From: Armatimonadia bacterium
GTDB taxonomy: Bacteria; Armatimonadota; Zipacnadia; Zipacnadales; UBA11051
Reading direction: 5' to 3'
Assembly (NCBI GenBank): GCA_039683575.1
Contig: JBDKRC010000247.1
Location: 1 to 24,737, forward strand
Length of the DNA: 24,737 bases
Both the position numbers and the translations under genes were made by a program. Below are positions 8,253 through 17,700 of this stretch, piece after piece (position 1 is the stretch's first letter; each line of letters starts with the position of its first letter). Under the pieces are notes generated by a model. That model ran no database searches, had not been told where the DNA came from, and saw only the letters and a program-made list of their open reading frames with translations.

Positions 8253-9527
8253 TTAGCACACGTCCAGGTCTTCGTAGATCGGGAACGCGGCACAGAGGTC
8301 TTCGACCTGCTTGCGGACGTCGTCAATCACTGCCTCGTTCGGGGTGCCGTCGTCCTTGCGGCCTTCGTGAACGATGCGGGCGATCCACTTGCCGATCTGC
8401 GCCATCTCGGTTTCTTTCATCCCGCGGGTGGTGAGCGCCGGGGTGCCGAAGCGGATGCCGCTGGTCTCTACCGGGCTGGCAGTGTCGCCGGGGATGAGGT
8501 TCTTATTGGCGACCATGCCGGCGGCTTCGCACAGGTTGGCAGCGTCGCGGCCGGAGATGTTCTTGTTGCGCAGGTCCACCAGCATCAGGTGGTTATCGGT
8601 ACCGCCGGTGACCAGGATGAAGCCCTCATCGAGCAGGGCCTGGGCGAGAACCTGGGCGTTGCGGATGATCTGGCGCTGGTACTCGCGGAAGCCGAACTCC
8701 TGGGCTTCCTTGAAGGCGACGGCCTTGGCGGCGATGATCTGCATGAGCGGGCCAGCCTGCACCCCGGGGAAGACCGCGCGGTCGAGTTTGTCGGCCCATT
8801 TCTGCGGGCAGAGGATGAGCGCGCCGCGGGGGCCACGGAGGGTCTTGTGGGTCGTGGAGGTGACCATGTCGCAGTACGGCACGGGATCCGGATGCGAGCC
8901 GGCAGCGACCAGGCCGACGATGTGAGCGATGTCCGCCATGAGGTAGGCGCCGACGGCGTCGGCGATCTCGCGGAAGCGCTGGAAATCAATGATGCGCGGG
9001 TAGGCGCTGGCGCCGGCGATGATCAGCTTGGGGCGGACCTTCTTGGCGACTTCCATGATCTCGTCGTAATCCAGCCGGTCGGTGTCGGGGTTGAGGCCGT
9101 AGGAATGGCTCTCGTAGAACTGGCCGGAGAAATTCTTGTTGAGGCCGTGGGTCAAATGGCCGCCGTGGGCCACGCTCATGCCGAGGATCTTGTCGCCCTT
9201 CTCGAGCATACAGTAGTAGGCCGCCATGTTGGCCTGCGAACCGGTGTGAAGCTGGACATTGGCATGCTCGGCGCGGAAGACGTCCTTGGCGCGCTGGATG
9301 GCGAGGGACTCCAGCTTGTCATAGTTCTCGCAGCCGTTGTAATAGCGCTTGTAGGGATAGCCCTCGGCGTACTTGTTGGTGAAAACCGAGCCAGCAGCGG
9401 CCATGACGGCGCGGGAGGCGTAGTTCTCGGAAGGGATGAGCATGAGGGTGGTCTTCTGGCGCTCAAGCTCGTCGGAAAGGATGCGAGCGATCTCGTGGTC
9501 GGCCTGGGCAAGGGTGCGATTCATCAT
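8253..9527 (-). CDS. glyA: Serine hydroxymethyltransferase
   Basis: SENY, NKYAEGYPYKRYY, HGGHLTHG, TTHKTLRGPRG (PLP lysine), GGTDNHL and SGIRFGTPA motifs. Confidence 0.97.
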   Translation of the reverse strand: MMNRTLAQADHEIARILSDELERQKTTLMLIPSENYASRAVMAAAGSVFTNKYAEGYPYKRYYNGCENYDKLESLAIQRAKDVFRAEHANVQLHTGSQANMAAYYCMLEKGDKILGMSVAHGGHLTHGLNKNFSGQFYESHSYGLNPDTDRLDYDEIMEVAKKVRPKLIIAGASAYPRIIDFQRFREIADAVGAYLMADIAHIVGLVAAGSHPDPVPYCDMVTSTTHKTLRGPRGALILCPQKWADKLDRAVFPGVQAGPLMQIIAAKAVAFKEAQEFGFREYQRQIIRNAQVLAQALLDEGFILVTGGTDNHLMLVDLRNKNISGRDAANLCEAAGMVANKNLIPGDTASPVETSGIRFGTPALTTRGMKETEMAQIGKWIARIVHEGRKDDGTPNEAVIDDVRKQVEDLCAAFPIYEDLDVC

Positions 9528-9574
9528 TATGGTAAGTTCTCCTGGGTTATCGGTAGGTTCGGAATGAGACGGCG

Positions 9575-9610
9575 TAAGAAGCCCCGCGTCGGCTTGTCAC
9601 CGCGCGGGGC
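9575..9610 (-). terminator. Terminator/attenuator hairpin in the glyA leader
   Basis: GCCCCGCG...CGCGGGGC stem followed by TTCTTA on the minus strand, about 50 nt before the glyA start. Confidence 0.55.
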
Positions 9611-9673
9611 AAATACCGCAGCCTCCCCTGGCCCAGCCAAAATCTAAGCTGGCCACGTTGGATCACGCTCCGG
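9581..9673 (-). ncRNA. Candidate structured cis-regulatory RNA, ZTP(pfl)-riboswitch-like
   Basis: P1 CCGGAGC/GCTGCGG, GTGA..AAC linker, P2 GTGG...CCA, GGGGAG and a downstream GCCGAC..GGGC element. The canonical CUGGCG/CGCCUG pseudoknot is absent. Confidence 0.35.
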
Positions 9674-9706
9674 GGTCAGGTTTCAAGGGTCGAATGAAAT
9701 GGCCTA

Positions 9707-10105
9707 CTAGTCGAGCCAGTTTTCGACCTTCAGGTCCGGGATGTAAGTGAAGTGCTTGTCGGCAGTGACCACAGTCAGATCTTCTGCCATCGCGATAGCC
9801 GCCAACTGAGCGTCTACTGGTGGAATGGGCCTACCGGTCTTCCGAAGGTAGGATAGGATGATACCATAGCGCTCAGCGTGTCTCCGTGAGAACGACATCA
9901 CTCGGGTCTGAACGAGCAGAAGGTCCAGTTTGAACAGGTTCTGAGCAGTCCGAGAGCCGCCAAACGCACCGGCATATAGCTCCCCAAGGATCGGCGTGGC
10001 AATGACGAACGCGTCACACTCGTGCGAGTCAAACTGTTCTGTCACCGAAGGGTGGTTGCGCAGCAGAGCCGACACATGGTTCGTGTCCAGTGCATAGATC
10101 GCCAT
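9707..10105 (-). CDS. vapC: VapC-family PIN-domain toxin
   Basis: LDTN...LGELYAG...GRPIPPVDAQLAAIA...VVTADKHF...VENW motifs. Confidence 0.92.
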   Translation of the reverse strand: MAIYALDTNHVSALLRNHPSVTEQFDSHECDAFVIATPILGELYAGAFGGSRTAQNLFKLDLLLVQTRVMSFSRRHAERYGIILSYLRKTGRPIPPVDAQLAAIAMAEDLTVVTADKHFTYIPDLKVENWLD

Positions 10106-10106
10106 A

Positions 10107-10367
10107 CTACTCGGTCATCTCGCGCATGGCCTTGATGTCCCTGTATATCTCGTCCCATTCCTCGTCGGTCATATCCCATGAACCCGCGAACTTGCGTAGC
10201 ACGTGACCGGGAGTCCCGACGAGTTCCTCTTTTTGCTCCTCGTCGCGGTCAAGACGTTCGGCAGCTTCCAGGCTATCCGCAACAAGGTCAAGCGAAAGGC
10301 CAAGCTCCTTGCACATTGCGACCAGCGAGGGTTCCAGCTTTGTCTGTGCTTTCTTCACTACCGCCAC
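10107..10367 (-). CDS. Putative antitoxin (small acidic protein upstream of vapC)
   Basis: 86 aa, ending 1 nt before the vapC start. C-terminal LRKFAGSW...EEWDEI is typical of PIN-binding antitoxin tails. GTG start with a G/A-rich RBS. Confidence 0.7.
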   Translation of the reverse strand: MAVVKKAQTKLEPSLVAMCKELGLSLDLVADSLEAAERLDRDEEQKEELVGTPGHVLRKFAGSWDMTDEEWDEIYRDIKAMREMTE

Positions 10368-10412
10368 CTCTCACCCCTCCCTTCCCCGTTAGTAGACGCT
10401 CAAGCGGCGAGT

Positions 10413-12053
10413 CTAGTGCCAAAAGTGCCGCATCCCCGTCATCACCATCACCAGCCCGTGCTCGTTGGCGGCCTGGATTACTTCCTCGTCGCGCTTGGAG
10501 CCGCCGGGTTGGATGATGGCTACGGCGCCGGTCTCGGCGGCGGTGTCGAGGCCATCACGGGCCGGGAACATGGCGTCGGAGGCGAGGACCGAGCCTGCGG
10601 CGCGCAGGCCGGCCTTGCGGGCGGCAATGATGCTGCTGTCAACGCGGCTCATCTGGCCCGCGCCGCAGCCAACCAGCCGCTTGCCCTGCACCAGGACGAT
10701 GGCGTTGCTCTTCACATGCTTGGCCACGCGGTCGGCGAAGAGCAGCGAGTCAAGCTGCTCGGGCGTCGGCTGGGCCTTGGTGGCCACCTTCAGGTCCAGA
10801 CGGCGGACGCTCTGGGCATCGGGGGTCTGGACTACCAGGCCTCCGGGGATCTTCTTCAGGTCGAAGTCCTTGGTGCGCCCTTCGGGGGCGAAGTCGGGCT
10901 GGACCATGACCCGCATGTTCTTCTTGTGAGTGAGAATCTCGAGCGCCTCCGGCTCGTAGCCGGGGGCGATGACCGCCTCGACGAAAGCGGCGAGGATGGT
11001 GCTCTCAAGGTCGCCGGACTCCTCGCGATAGCGCGGAGCGATGACATCCTGCAGATACTCGGCATTGCCGATCATCTTGGCGGTCTCGACGTCCACCACG
11101 CGGTTGAACCCGAGCACGCCGCCGAAGGCGGAAATCGGGTCGCTGGACCAGGCATCGGCGAAGGCTTCGGCGATGGACCCGGCGGAGGCGGCGCCGCAGG
11201 GGTTGAGATGCTTGATGACAATCGCGGTGGGCTCGTCAAAGTCCCGCGCGGCTTCCATCGCGGCGGTGAGGTCGAGGTAGTTATTGAAGGACAGCTCGCG
11301 CTCGCCGGACAGTTTCTGGGCACGGGCCAGACCAGGCTCGTGTGCGCCGATCTGGGCATACACAGCGGCTTCCTGGTGCGGATTCTCGCCATAGCGCAGG
11401 TCCTCGCCCTGCTTTTGGTACCACGGGGCGAAGTACTTCGGGAAGAAGGTCTCCTGTTCGGCGAAGGCCGTGGACATATACCCGGCGATGGCCGCGTCGT
11501 ACTGGCCGGTGTGGGCGAAGGTCTCAAGCGCAAGCTTCTGACGGGTCTTCTCGCTCAGCGCCGCGCCATTGTCGCGCATCTCGGTGATGGTATTGTCATA
11601 GAAGGCCGGGCTGCAGACGCAGGCGACGTATTTGTGATTCTTGGCGGCGGCGCGGAGCATCGCCGGCCCGCCGATGTCAATGTTCTCGACCGCCTCGGCC
11701 AGCGTGACGCCCTCGCGGGCGACAGTCTGCTGGAAGGGGTAGAGATTGACCACCAGCATGTCAATCATGTCGATGCCAAGCTGCTCGGCCTCCGCCATGT
11801 GGGCTTCCTTGTCGCGCACGGCCAAGAGGCCGCCATGCACCTTCGGATGCAGCGTGACCACACGGTGGTCCATGATCTCCGGAAAGCCGGTATAGCTTTC
11901 GACGGCGCGTACCGGTACGCCGGCTTCTTCGAGCTGGCGGCGGGTGCCACCGGTGGAGAGAATCTCAACGCCGAGGTCCACGAGGGCTTTGGCGAAGTCT
12001 ACCACGCCACTCTTGTCGCTGACACTAATGATGGCTCGCTTGATCTTACGCAT
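10413..12053 (-). CDS. purH: Bifunctional AICAR transformylase/IMP cyclohydrolase
   Basis: MRKIKRAIISVSDKSG, STGGT, ENIDIGGP, LRYGENPHQ, KHLNPCG, GAGQMSRVDS, ASDAMFP and GMRHFWH motifs. ATG 12053 with GGAGG RBS. Confidence 0.97.
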   Translation of the reverse strand: MRKIKRAIISVSDKSGVVDFAKALVDLGVEILSTGGTRRQLEEAGVPVRAVESYTGFPEIMDHRVVTLHPKVHGGLLAVRDKEAHMAEAEQLGIDMIDMLVVNLYPFQQTVAREGVTLAEAVENIDIGGPAMLRAAAKNHKYVACVCSPAFYDNTITEMRDNGAALSEKTRQKLALETFAHTGQYDAAIAGYMSTAFAEQETFFPKYFAPWYQKQGEDLRYGENPHQEAAVYAQIGAHEPGLARAQKLSGERELSFNNYLDLTAAMEAARDFDEPTAIVIKHLNPCGAASAGSIAEAFADAWSSDPISAFGGVLGFNRVVDVETAKMIGNAEYLQDVIAPRYREESGDLESTILAAFVEAVIAPGYEPEALEILTHKKNMRVMVQPDFAPEGRTKDFDLKKIPGGLVVQTPDAQSVRRLDLKVATKAQPTPEQLDSLLFADRVAKHVKSNAIVLVQGKRLVGCGAGQMSRVDSSIIAARKAGLRAAGSVLASDAMFPARDGLDTAAETGAVAIIQPGGSKRDEEVIQAANEHGLVMVMTGMRHFWH

Positions 12054-12164
12054 GGAGGTCCTCCGGGAGCAGGCCCTGCAAGAGGGCATTGTACGGCTGC
12101 GATAGTGGGTGGTGTGTGGGCCGGGCCGAGGATGCGGCACAGCGCGGCTGCTGACATCGCGGAC

Positions 12165-12193
12165 ATTATAATCTGGAGGGGGGATGATGTCAA
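12165..12193 (-). promoter_or_regulatory. Sigma70-type promoter of purH
   Basis: Minus strand TTGACA-17 nt-TATAAT, perfect consensus, giving a leader of about 105 nt. Confidence 0.85.
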
Positions 12194-12224
12194 AAGCGGG
12201 GCGCTGGGGGAGGGAAGAGGCATA

Positions 12225-12261
12225 CAGGATGGGCAGGATAGAGGCAAGGATGGATAGGATA
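12225..12261 (+). repeat. AGGATGG-N2-AGGATA motif, two imperfect copies in a purine-rich tract
   Basis: CAGGATGGGCAGGATA and AAGGATGGATAGGATA. The first matches 4226-4239. Confidence 0.5.
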
Positions 12262-12358
12262 CGGCAAAGGCAAGAGGGATGAGGAGATGAGGGAGGGAAG
12301 GCTATAGTGGTGTAAACAGGGAGAGTGGGACGTCCCTGATGGCCAAGGAGTGCTGACC

Positions 12359-14773
12359 ATGAAGACGCTGTCTGCTGTGGCCTTGATGGTAATGGTGATC
12401 GGCGCGGTGGGAGCACAGGAGGAGGTTATCAAGCGGGAGGTGCGCTGGTCGCCCACGCCGGGGATCAACCTGGCCAAGGGGAAAGCCTGTGCCTTCACGC
12501 CCGCTCCCAACTACGGGCTCTGCACAGACGCCGGCGACGCCACTGACCTCACCGACGGCCTCTACAACGCCTGTGAGTGGCGCGAGAAGGGCACCGTCGG
12601 CTGGGGCGTGGGCCGCAACAGGGTCTTCCTCGTTGACATCGACCTGGGCGCCGAGGAGCCTATCGGGTCCATCACGTTCGACAGCGTGACCGGCGGGGCG
12701 CAGGTGACCTTTCCCTCTGCCGTGCTGGTTTTTGTGAGCAGCGATGGCAAGCAGTACCGGTATCTCGGCGACGTCATGACCGAGGCGATGCCGCAGGAGC
12801 AGTTCCTGAACCACCGCTTCAGCGTCACCGGCCTCAAGGGCTTCGGTCGCTATGTGCGGCTGGCGATCCTGCCGGGCGGGTTCTACCTGTTCTGCGATGA
12901 GATCGAGATCATGAAGGGGGACCATACCGCCGAGCAGTCGAGGTACGCCGGGGACCAGACGATCGCGGCGGAGGAGGTCGCCAACTTCGCCGTGGGGCTC
13001 AGGCCCTGGGTGAACCAGAAGAATGCGACGCTGACGCTGCTGCGGTATGCGGATGAGGCCGTGCTGGAGAGGCGTCAGGCCGGCGCACCGTCGGGCAAGG
13101 TGCAGAAGGCGCTGGAGGCTGTCGAGCGGGCGCGGCAGGAGGTGCTGCGGGCCAGGGACGTGCAGGAGCCGGACTTGCTGGCCGGGCCGCCGTACCGTTC
13201 GTTTGAGCGAGGTGCCTTTGCCGCAGTGGGAGCACTCAACGGCCCGGCCGGAATCAGGCTCTGGCGCAATGACGACTGGAGTTGGCTCAAGCCGCTGGCC
13301 AGGCCGCAGAGGCAAATGCCGGAGTTGGCCGTGGACATGATGAACAACGAGTGGGGCTCGGCGAGCTTCAATGTGACCAGTTGTGGCGAAAAGGCGCAGG
13401 AGCTGCAGTTCCAGGCCGCAGATTGGTCGGGACCGCAGACTGTCCCCGCAGCGCAGGTGCTCTCGCTCGCTCAGGTCATCCACAGCGAGGCCTTCGGGTA
13501 CAACTACCGCGACGATGCGCTGGTGCCGGTGAAGCTCGGGGAGAAGATCAGCCTGCCCGCCGGGCTCAGCCAGCGCCTGTGGCTGACCTTCAAGACGCGG
13601 GGGATGGATCTGAAGCCGGGGACCTACCGGACTGCCATCACTGTGACCAACGACGGGAAGAAAGTGGGCCAGGTGCCGGTGCGGCTGCGCGTCTGGCCGC
13701 TTAGGTTCCCCGACCAGACGACCTTGCACAACAACACGTGGGGGTATTTCAACGAGAAGGTGATCGTGGGCCGTGAGCTCGAGACCGCGCAGAACCTCCT
13801 GGACCACTACAACACCTCGCTGGTCATCAACCACAGTTACCTGCCCTACCCCAAGCCCGACAAGGACGGCAACTTCACCGAGCCATTGGACTTCACGAAG
13901 CTCGACCAGATGATCGCATGGAACCCCGAATGCCGCTTCTGGCTGCTCTGGGCCGGTTTTGAGTTCGGGTTCGACCGGCTGGGTACGCCGAAGTTCGGCG
14001 GGCCGGTGTGGGAGAAGGTCTTCACCCAGTGGGTGACCCAGATCAGGGACCATCTCGCGGAGAAGGGCATCGGCAAGAGCGAGTTTGCGTGGTACTGGTG
14101 GGACGAGCCAGGGGCCAAGGTGTGGAATGAGAAGTGCCTTCCGGCTGCGAAGCTGGTCAAGCAGATCGACCCGCAGATGCTGTGCTATGAGAACGCAGTG
14201 GCACAGGTCACGCCGCAGATGCTCGAGGAGGGGCTGCCGTACTTCGACCTCTACTGCCCGAGCATCGGCGGGATCGCCAACCGCAAGTATGTAGAAGTGT
14301 GCCGCAAGACGCGGGTGCCGTCGTGGGTCTATGCCTGCGCCAGCGAGAAGAACTCGAGCCCCTTCGGCTACTACCGCTGGTTCTCCTGGAACGCCTTCAA
14401 GCTCGGCTTCGGCGGCATCGGGATGTGGGTGTATGTGGATGCCAACAGCCAGACCTTGAGCGACTACACCGGCGGGGTGAGCTACTCGCTGATCTACGGC
14501 TCGCCGAAGGGCATACTGAATTCGAAGCGGTGGGAGGCGTGGCGGCAAGGCGTTGCCGACTACGAGTACCTGGTCATGCTGCGGTCGGCCGCGGAGCAGG
14601 CGCGACAGGCAGGGAAAGCACCGGAGGCCGTGGCGCAGGCGGAGAGTCTGCTGACTGCGGGCGTGGACGAGGTCGTGGGTGAGGATATCTATCAGGGCGA
14701 CCCTGCGGATTCGCCAAAAGCCGAGGCCATGCGGTTGAAGATTCTGGAATGCCTGGTCGCGCTCTCGAAGTAA
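12359..14773 (+). CDS. Secreted protein: F5/8-type-C (discoidin)-like N-terminus plus DUF4091/GH123-like putative glycoside hydrolase
   Basis: Signal peptide. NLAKGK..DLTDG..IDLG..VSSDGK..RYVRL..DEIEI (discoidin-like). WWDEPG acidic pair and SKRWEAWRQGVADYEYL (DUF4091-like). AAGGAG RBS before ATG 12359. Confidence 0.7.
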   Translation: MKTLSAVALMVMVIGAVGAQEEVIKREVRWSPTPGINLAKGKACAFTPAPNYGLCTDAGDATDLTDGLYNACEWREKGTVGWGVGRNRVFLVDIDLGAEEPIGSITFDSVTGGAQVTFPSAVLVFVSSDGKQYRYLGDVMTEAMPQEQFLNHRFSVTGLKGFGRYVRLAILPGGFYLFCDEIEIMKGDHTAEQSRYAGDQTIAAEEVANFAVGLRPWVNQKNATLTLLRYADEAVLERRQAGAPSGKVQKALEAVERARQEVLRARDVQEPDLLAGPPYRSFERGAFAAVGALNGPAGIRLWRNDDWSWLKPLARPQRQMPELAVDMMNNEWGSASFNVTSCGEKAQELQFQAADWSGPQTVPAAQVLSLAQVIHSEAFGYNYRDDALVPVKLGEKISLPAGLSQRLWLTFKTRGMDLKPGTYRTAITVTNDGKKVGQVPVRLRVWPLRFPDQTTLHNNTWGYFNEKVIVGRELETAQNLLDHYNTSLVINHSYLPYPKPDKDGNFTEPLDFTKLDQMIAWNPECRFWLLWAGFEFGFDRLGTPKFGGPVWEKVFTQWVTQIRDHLAEKGIGKSEFAWYWWDEPGAKVWNEKCLPAAKLVKQIDPQMLCYENAVAQVTPQMLEEGLPYFDLYCPSIGGIANRKYVEVCRKTRVPSWVYACASEKNSSPFGYYRWFSWNAFKLGFGGIGMWVYVDANSQTLSDYTGGVSYSLIYGSPKGILNSKRWEAWRQGVADYEYLVMLRSAAEQARQAGKAPEAVAQAESLLTAGVDEVVGEDIYQGDPADSPKAEAMRLKILECLVALSK

Positions 14774-14790
14774 CGGAAGTCTGGAGGCCG

Positions 14791-17700
14791 ATGATGCGAC
14801 ATCTGCTGGCGCTTGGCGTGCTGGTGGCAACGTTGACGGCTGCGTCCGCGGCGGACAAGCCGTTGTCGGTGCTGTTCCTGCATGGCCGCGTCACCACGAA
14901 GGCCCCGGGGCAGGACAACATCTTCAGCAAGCGCTCGTACCTGCCCGACGAGGCCCTGCAGAAGCGGCTCGCGGCGGAGGGCATGGTCTGGGGCGCGGAA
15001 GAGTTCTCGACCCGGATGACCGCCGAGTACCTGCGCCAGTTCAACGTGATCGTGATGCTCGACTTCCCGATCATCGAAAAGCACCCCGCAGAGGAGCAGG
15101 AAGTCCGGGCGCAGGAGCAGCTTCTGGCGCGCTACGTGGCCGACGGCGGGGGCCTCATGCTGACCGGCAACACCGAGTACGGCATGTGGGCGCTGGAGCG
15201 CGATTTCGAGGAGATGAACCGCTTCCTGCAGCCCTACGGCGCCCAGGTGCTGCACGAGCAGGTCGGCGAGAACGACAAGGCCCTGACCATTCCCACGATG
15301 GGCATCAGCGCGCTAGCCTACACGTCCAACGTGGTGAAGCACCCGGTGACCGAGGGCGTGCGCGGGCTCTTGTACCCAACGGACCACGCGTGGAGCTTCT
15401 GGACGCATCCGCTGCAGCTTGGCGAGGGGTGGCAAGCTCTCGTGAAGGGCTCGCTGTCGGCCTACACATACTCGACGGCGCTGGGGTTGGGAGGGCCCAG
15501 GAGCCAGATCGAGAAGAAACCGGGCACCTACAAGTCCGAGCCGCCGCTGGTGGCCATCAAGGACGTCGAGAAGGGCCGCATGTGCCTGTGGCCCACGGTG
15601 CCCTCGGCCTTCATCATCGATGGCTACCACGACTTCTGGGGCGGCGGCATCATCATGGAGGGGACGCGGCAGGACAAGGCGTCTGATGGCACACGGCTGG
15701 TGGTGAACCTGCTCCGCTGGCTGGGGAAGCCGTCGCAAGAGACGTTCGGAGGGTACAAGGCCTCCTCGGAACAGGGGCAGGAGCCGGAGCCGGGCTTTGT
15801 CGAGGTGAACTGGGACAAGGTGAAGCTCGAGGGCCGGCCCCAGCCGAACTGCTACAGGGGCCTCATTGGCCTGCACAGCAACCTGTCCGACGGTGCTGGC
15901 ACGCCGGAGGAGATGATGGCCGCGGCGAAGGCAGCCGGATACCATTTCGCCGCGTTCACCGACGCTTTGGGCAAGCTCGACGCGGCGAAGCTGGACAGAC
16001 TGAAGGAAGCCTGCCTCAAAGCCTCCGATGCCTCGTTCCAGGCCTTCCCCGGCTTCACCTATGAGGATGAGTCAGGCAATAGCTGGATGGTGTTCGGGCG
16101 GCAGGTGCACTGGCCGAAGGACGAATGGTGGAGTAAAACCAGGCCGGGCGCCCTCCGGGTCAACAACATCATCTTCCGCGGCTTTCAGTTCCTCCCGCTG
16201 ATCATGCTGCCGGGCGAGGCAGAGCCGCCGTGGCTGCAGGGCAACTTCAAGGGCATCGCGGTGCAGCAATACGCTGGCGCGAAGCTCGTGCGCGACAGCG
16301 AGGACGTCTACAGGAAGCTGCAGCGCAACGGGTTCGACCTGTTCCCGGTGGTGGCCAACGTCGCGAAGTCCCCCGCGGAGGTCCAGGCCGCGGCGACCGC
16401 GCCAATGCAGACCTACGTGCGGTGGTGGGAGCTTGAGGATGTCATCAGCGCGATCAGCGGCAACATACCCATGTATAAGGGTGGGTATGTCTTCCACCGC
16501 ACCGGGTTCGTGTCCGGAGGGCCAATCATCGAGGACTTTCGGGTGTTCAACTTCGGCACCGCCGATCTCGCCATACCGCAAAATGACCGTTACCGCATCC
16601 ATCTGGACGTCAGCGCGGAAAAGGGCCTGAAGGAGATTGCGCTGTACGATGGCGCGGAGTTGCGGCGGCGGATGCTGCTCAAGGGCGAGAAGAACTGGGT
16701 GGGGGATTTCGAGGGCTACCAGGACCGTAACCGCCACTATCTGGCCGTCATCACCGACACCGCGGGCGCAAAGGCCATCAGCGGAGTGCGCGACACCTCG
16801 AACCAGGAAGTCGGAATGATCCGCTGCACCGACAACCTCAACACCTACACCAGCGGCAAGTTCAAGGCCGTCAACTACCACGCGGTGCGGGGGCTGGAGA
16901 ACTACATCGAGCAGAATGCAGGGAGCTTCACGGCCTTCCCGTTCCTCGGCGTGCCGGATACCGAGCGGCCGGCCGTGGATCAGCAGTTGACCATCACCGG
17001 GCGGTTCGGGTACGTGAAGGATGACGTGATCGAGCATCACTATGCTCCGAGCGCCAGCGCGAACTGGAATCTGACCGACGCCCCCGAGCGGGCCGAGCCG
17101 CAGACGGTGGCGAAGGGGCGGGTGCGGACCACGATGTTCACGCCGCGGGCGGAGGGGACGGCGGTGTACCTGGTCGAGGGCGACTTCGACATGCTCAGCG
17201 ACCTGGACCTGCCGCGCGGGAATGTGCCATGCTACCGCACGCCGTGGCTGCTGGATGCCGACACGATGTATGTGTCGCGCACAGAGGGCAAGAGCGAGTG
17301 CTACAAGCTGGAGAGCAGGCTGAAGAGCCGCTCGGCAGCGCTGGACGGTCTGGAGTACGTGGCCCAGATCGCCCCGCTTGGCGGCTCGCGGGCCATCGTG
17401 CCGCTGCAGCCCGGCATGGGCTATGATGCCATCTGGAATGGCGAGCGTTACTACCTCTCGGCGAACGTGGGCGTACCGGAGAAGAAGCTCGCCAAGGGCC
17501 AGCCGCTCCGGTATCGCTACCTCGCGGTCTGGGACACGGTAGGCGGCAAGCCCGATGTCAGCTTCATCGAAGACGTCTACGGCAGGCTCGGCCTCCGCGG
17601 CAAGCCTGCATACCAGGTAACGGCGGAGCACGGCAAAGTCCTCGACACCCGGTTCACCCTGAGGCTGCAGGCCGACGGCGGAGGCTTTGCGGGCACGATC

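Noticed and set aside
9230..9270. GlyA NVQLHTGSQAN in place of the usual NVQPHSGSQAN
   Set aside because: The PLP lysine and other motifs are intact. This is likely ordinary divergence and is insufficient to claim altered function.
8181..9647. 488-aa plus-strand ORF
   Set aside because: Antisense shadow of glyA.
12054..12160. Possible ZTP, PRPP or purine riboswitch in the purH leader
   Set aside because: None of the conserved motifs could be found by eye.
10203..12257. 684-aa plus-strand ORF
   Set aside because: Antisense shadow of purH.
12054..12416. 121-aa N-terminal extension of PurH in the ORF track
   Set aside because: It spans the consensus promoter. ATG 12053 has a GGAGG RBS and the canonical PurH N-terminus.
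12302..14830. 842-aa minus-strand ORF (and 16072..18018)
   Set aside because: Antisense shadows of the plus-strand operon genes, which have RBSs, signal peptides and motifs.
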